This document shows positions 60,131-64,000 of a DNA stretch of 64,000 nt, in pieces. The notes beneath the pieces were generated by a model. It had not been told where the DNA came from and did not search any database. It saw only the letters and a program-made list of their open reading frames with translations. The translations under genes and the position numbers were made by a program. The number at the start of each line of letters is the position of its first letter. Within the stretch, counting starts at the first letter, position 1. This stretch comes from Fimicolochytrium jonesii (lineage: Eukaryota). The stretch spans positions 1 to 64,000 of the forward strand of contig NW_026515674.1 in the NCBI RefSeq assembly GCF_025526975.1. Reading direction: 5' to 3'.

Positions 60131-63100
60131 TGGAACATCGGTCAACCCGCTGAACATCGGACTTGCCCCCGTGTCTGTGGAGAAACGGCCCCGCATGCAG
60201 TCGTTGAGAAATGCGTACCCCAGCGACGTAACGTTCCTGTCCTGTACATATAGTATACTCTCTTCCTTCCTCGTTCTTTCATCTCTATGCTCTCCTCGCG
60301 GCGTTAATTAATGGCGGTCATTTTAGTCAGTACACCCCCCAATCTCTGCACCGGCGTGCGAGTGTATATATTTTCTCTGTCTGTAATCCGTAACTGATTT
60401 TGCTGTGCCATATCCGTGTTCACCTCCATGTACAGTACGTAAGTTTCGCTTGCTGAACTGCCTGAATCGAGACGAGGCAGGAGTTACGAGACGCGGTCAA
60501 CCGAGAATAAGCCCATCTCAGAACCGCCAATTCGAACTGTCACCCGTTCGCACTTCGACATCATATCGCCGACCGGACCAGAAAGTGGGGTCCTGGCCCG
60601 AGTCGGTGCGTGCGCCGTGATATAGGTAATGTGCGGCTACGATGGAGCGACCGGTATCGCTGGGCATTTACCCTCGTGTTTGCTTACGGTAACGCGTTCA
60701 GCTGGGACATATTGCGCTCACTAAACCGGACGCAGCATCGGTAACCCCGATATGGTGAGATTTTGTGAGCAGCCCATTCCAACGCGAAATGCACGTCCAA
60801 TGCGTGCAAATGTCGCAACATCCGATCGAGGAATGCAATCAAGGGGCAGAGTTCGGGGAAATGCAAACGGGACAGCCAAGGACGATGAACTGCATATACG
60901 TACCTCGGCGTTTGATCCGAACTCGGCATTCCGAACTCCAGATACCCAGGACTGCCAAACAAATAAACAAAGACTCTTAACATATGCACTCCCTCCCTGT
61001 GGGTGTTTAGCGTTCTTCCCGTGGGACGCAGGAGCTGCAGACCTGACTGTTATAACGGCGAAGGGGGGCCTGGAGCGCCAGCGGCTCAGCGGGGAGGGCA
61101 GGGGGTGCGGGCCCGGTTGCTGCCAGCTGTGCCTCCTTGGGGTTTTTGTGCTGGTCCATCCGACAGATCCAACGCGAACGCGTGATGGGCCCTTTCGCTT
61201 CAGCAATCTCCCCTTAACTTCTCCAAGAGCTCACATGTGGTCATGTCGAAGACACCAGCGTCGTTAGCAAGGATTTTTCTCTCTTGCACGCGCTGGTCCC
61301 GGACCACGCGCAGCCGTTTGGACCGGTCATTATGCTTTGTCCGAATTCCGTGGCAATGGGATATCAGCCATGTTAAGGGGCGCAATAGGCATGGAGGCTG
61401 CATCTTGCTGGAATTCATCACATGCGTCGTACTTATGGAGGTTCCTCAAGACGCGTAAGGGTCCTGCGTAGGCAACTTGGATACGGGGTAAGCATGTCGG
61501 CTTTTTCGCCCGGATTTCGACGTAAGCAACAAACCCTAGCCCGGGGCCGGACCCTGTCATTGAGCGAGGTTGGAGAAGCAAAGGGGTCACATATGAGCCA
61601 TGCCCTGGATGTGAACCTTGAGCTCCCCGCCAATCAGCGAAAGCGTAGCCATCCGCTTTCACGACGCGTTCACGCCCGTAGGCCCCATTCCCTCTTCAAG
61701 GTCTCTACGCGCCACAACACCTGTTTTCGGACGGGCAATCTCCGGCGTCTCCGCCCATCGCGTAATTTCGACACTGCAGTTTTGAAGGAATGTCCGCACT
61801 ATTTTAGGTACGTGCCGCCTTTCGTCAAGGCCGTCAAAGCGCAGGTATGGACCCATGGATTTTTGACAACATACGAAGTACGGAGATCCAACTGGCTTGA
61901 GGGATTGGAACTGGAAGAATTTGTTCTGGAATGTGACGCTCGTGTATCGCTCCATACGTAATTTCGAGCGGAAAAACTGAGCTGCACGGACTGCAAGGGG
62001 GAAGGAATACGTGCTGGAAGGTCTCTCCCAGAAAGGCGCTGAAAGATTGGCGAACATGAAGTGGGCCCATCACCTGTCCCAGGGCATATCCTTACGTGTC
62101 CGAGCCCACGTGTATACTGAGCAGCAAAGAAGGTGAGCAGACACGCGTGCTTATGTATTACGCGTCTCGACTATTGACCTGGAAGACGTCGGAAACTTTG
62201 GAAGGCCTGCAGAAAAACGCTTACCGCGTTGCGTTGGATTGCACATGCAGCTGCAAGCGGACTCGTATGCGCCGTCACTCGGGCGGTCGTACTTCAGTCA
62301 TATGGGCCGGCCCGGCGATAATCCGTCCGGACCTTCCGGACTGCACAATTGTCCAACCCGACGCGTCAAGAACGCGTTCAAGTCGATCGGAAGGACTTTC
62401 AGAAGTCGAACTTGCGATATCATCGGGTGCTACGCATCAACTCATGAGACAGCTGCTTCTGAATGTGGAGCACCATTGCCTCCCAATGATATCGCTCCTG
62501 CTCGTATCCCCGGACTCGCCATCTGCCTCGCCTTCTGATTTTTGGCCGAATCGCATTCTGAATGTCTAGCGAGGTGATGATCGCCAGTACCTACGCAGAG
62601 GAGAACGGAGAAAACGGACAGTCGACACAAGTCCTGTATGCCATCTCACGTGAACATACCTGCACGACTCTGTGTGCCTCAAACCGACACCCAATTCCTT
62701 GCGCCCTGACTTCTGAGAATCGACTCATCCTTAAGCGCCATTGTGACCATTTACCAACATCCTCCAACAAGAGCGAGAAGGGAGCAAGCCCGTCGCGAGG
62801 CCTCACTGCTGGCCCAGCTCGGCGTTAAATGGCACGATGACCAGTTACCTCTGCGAGCAGGCGGTCAATGATAATCACGCGTCGGCGAAAAAACATGATT
62901 TGCTTACCTATCGACGCGTTTTACATAATGTACTGTATATATACAGTATACTAGTACGACAGGAGAAGATAAGTCTTTTCACACGGCATGCGCACCGAGT
63001 ACCATCATCCCCTTGCAGCACGAGCAAGCAACCGGGTCTTGAGAACGCTATGCTAAGTGCGCAATTTGAAATCAACCGAGTTTGAATGCGTGCAGACAAA

Positions 63101-64000
63101 GGCTGTCGGCTGTAGCTGCCCGTGCAACGATTCAATCCATCAGTTGCACTCCAAGTCCACTTCCAACATCAAAGAAACGTCGTTTCCCGAGGTGCCGTTT
63201 TTCGTCGTCGTGACGCGTGCATCCCAGCTGAGTCTCGGTCGGTCTCTTCACAAAAAGCATTACCCTCGCGCCCAAATTTCGCCGAAATGCCCACAATGTG
63301 TCCGAGATGTTAATGTCATCACTTACTCCAAATTTTCCGATTCCTAAGACCTTGCCTTGCCTACCTACCTGTCACCCCGAGGACTTACACCCAAAGTGTG
63401 AAGGACACCACAAACCCGTTCGCGTGTTCCTCGAAACGGGGCCTGGATGAAAAAGTTTTGCTGTGCGGAGAGAACCAAGGGTGGAGTAGGAGCGTCGTTT
63501 ATATCGAGTTAATTGGACGCCGGTGCAAGCGTGCGCGCGTTGGGGAAAACCGCTTACGTTATGACGCGTTTTTAAGGGCACGACGTGGCACCACCAACCA
63601 AATACGCCGTGCCACTGTGCAAGTAACATCTTTTTGGGACTTGGAGCAATTGCGCGGCTGAAATGTCTGGAAATGAGGTGAGCACGCAAAGTTGAAGTGC
63701 ATGGCGCAGTTACCTGCGATGCTGTATGCATATTTTTAGGCTCCGACCTGCGACGCTCAGTATCCATATACTGTACCTACCCAGACGACAGCTTCAAAGA
63801 GGAGCTTGCTCGGTCATCTGTCCAGGCGGTCTGTGCATCATCAGAAGCTGAACATCCCGGCATCACACACTCTAATGACTCACGCGCGATTGTCGCTGCT
63901 CTCCGACTCCGCTTCAATGACTCCGAGATGTTGACCGTTGCAACCTTTGCATCAACACGGCTCGGCCGCAAGGAAGAAGCGAAAGGCCAAGCCCACCGTT

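Noticed and set aside
60400..64000. Scattered ORFs (e.g. 61422-61961) as a possible transposon remnant
   Set aside because: No diagnostic transposase or RT motifs; frames are interrupted

Overview
Eukaryotic, intron-containing genomic DNA, most consistent with an early-diverging (chytrid-like) fungus: short GT-AG introns with CTAAC/CTGAC branch points, CHS7, and Fun30/SMARCAD1. Bases 1-9.1 kb are a nest of decayed LTR retrotransposons. It holds a minus-strand Gypsy gag/protease remnant plus two related minus-strand LTR copies, a Copia fragment with a chromodomain-like segment just upstream of RT, and a second Copia with TATTGA...TCAATA LTR termini and a half-tRNA-type PBS. After two orphan ORFs comes a gene-rich region: promethin-like, a truncated Merlin/ISXO2 transposase, Ima1, Chs7, LEA2-like, CYSTM, tRNA-Ala(TGC), an acyltransferase-3/glycosyltransferase-like fusion, an SDR, a large PPR-like protein, an FHA-PBZ-macro-HIT aprataxin-like gene, a bacterial-type aspartic protease, an ankyrin pseudogene, Fun30, a 4xRRM protein and a Ctr-like protein lacking MxxxM. 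The strongest leads are four. (1) A family of GAGC/GCGAAGC-rich hairpin elements fills two unrelated ~360-nt introns and one post-stop site, all in sense orientation. (2) The aprataxin-like gene carries a circularly permuted macrodomain. (3) One Copia carries a chromodomain-like segment. (4) C-rich and G-rich blocks alternate through the coding regions. All domain calls come from motif recognition by eye, not from database searches.
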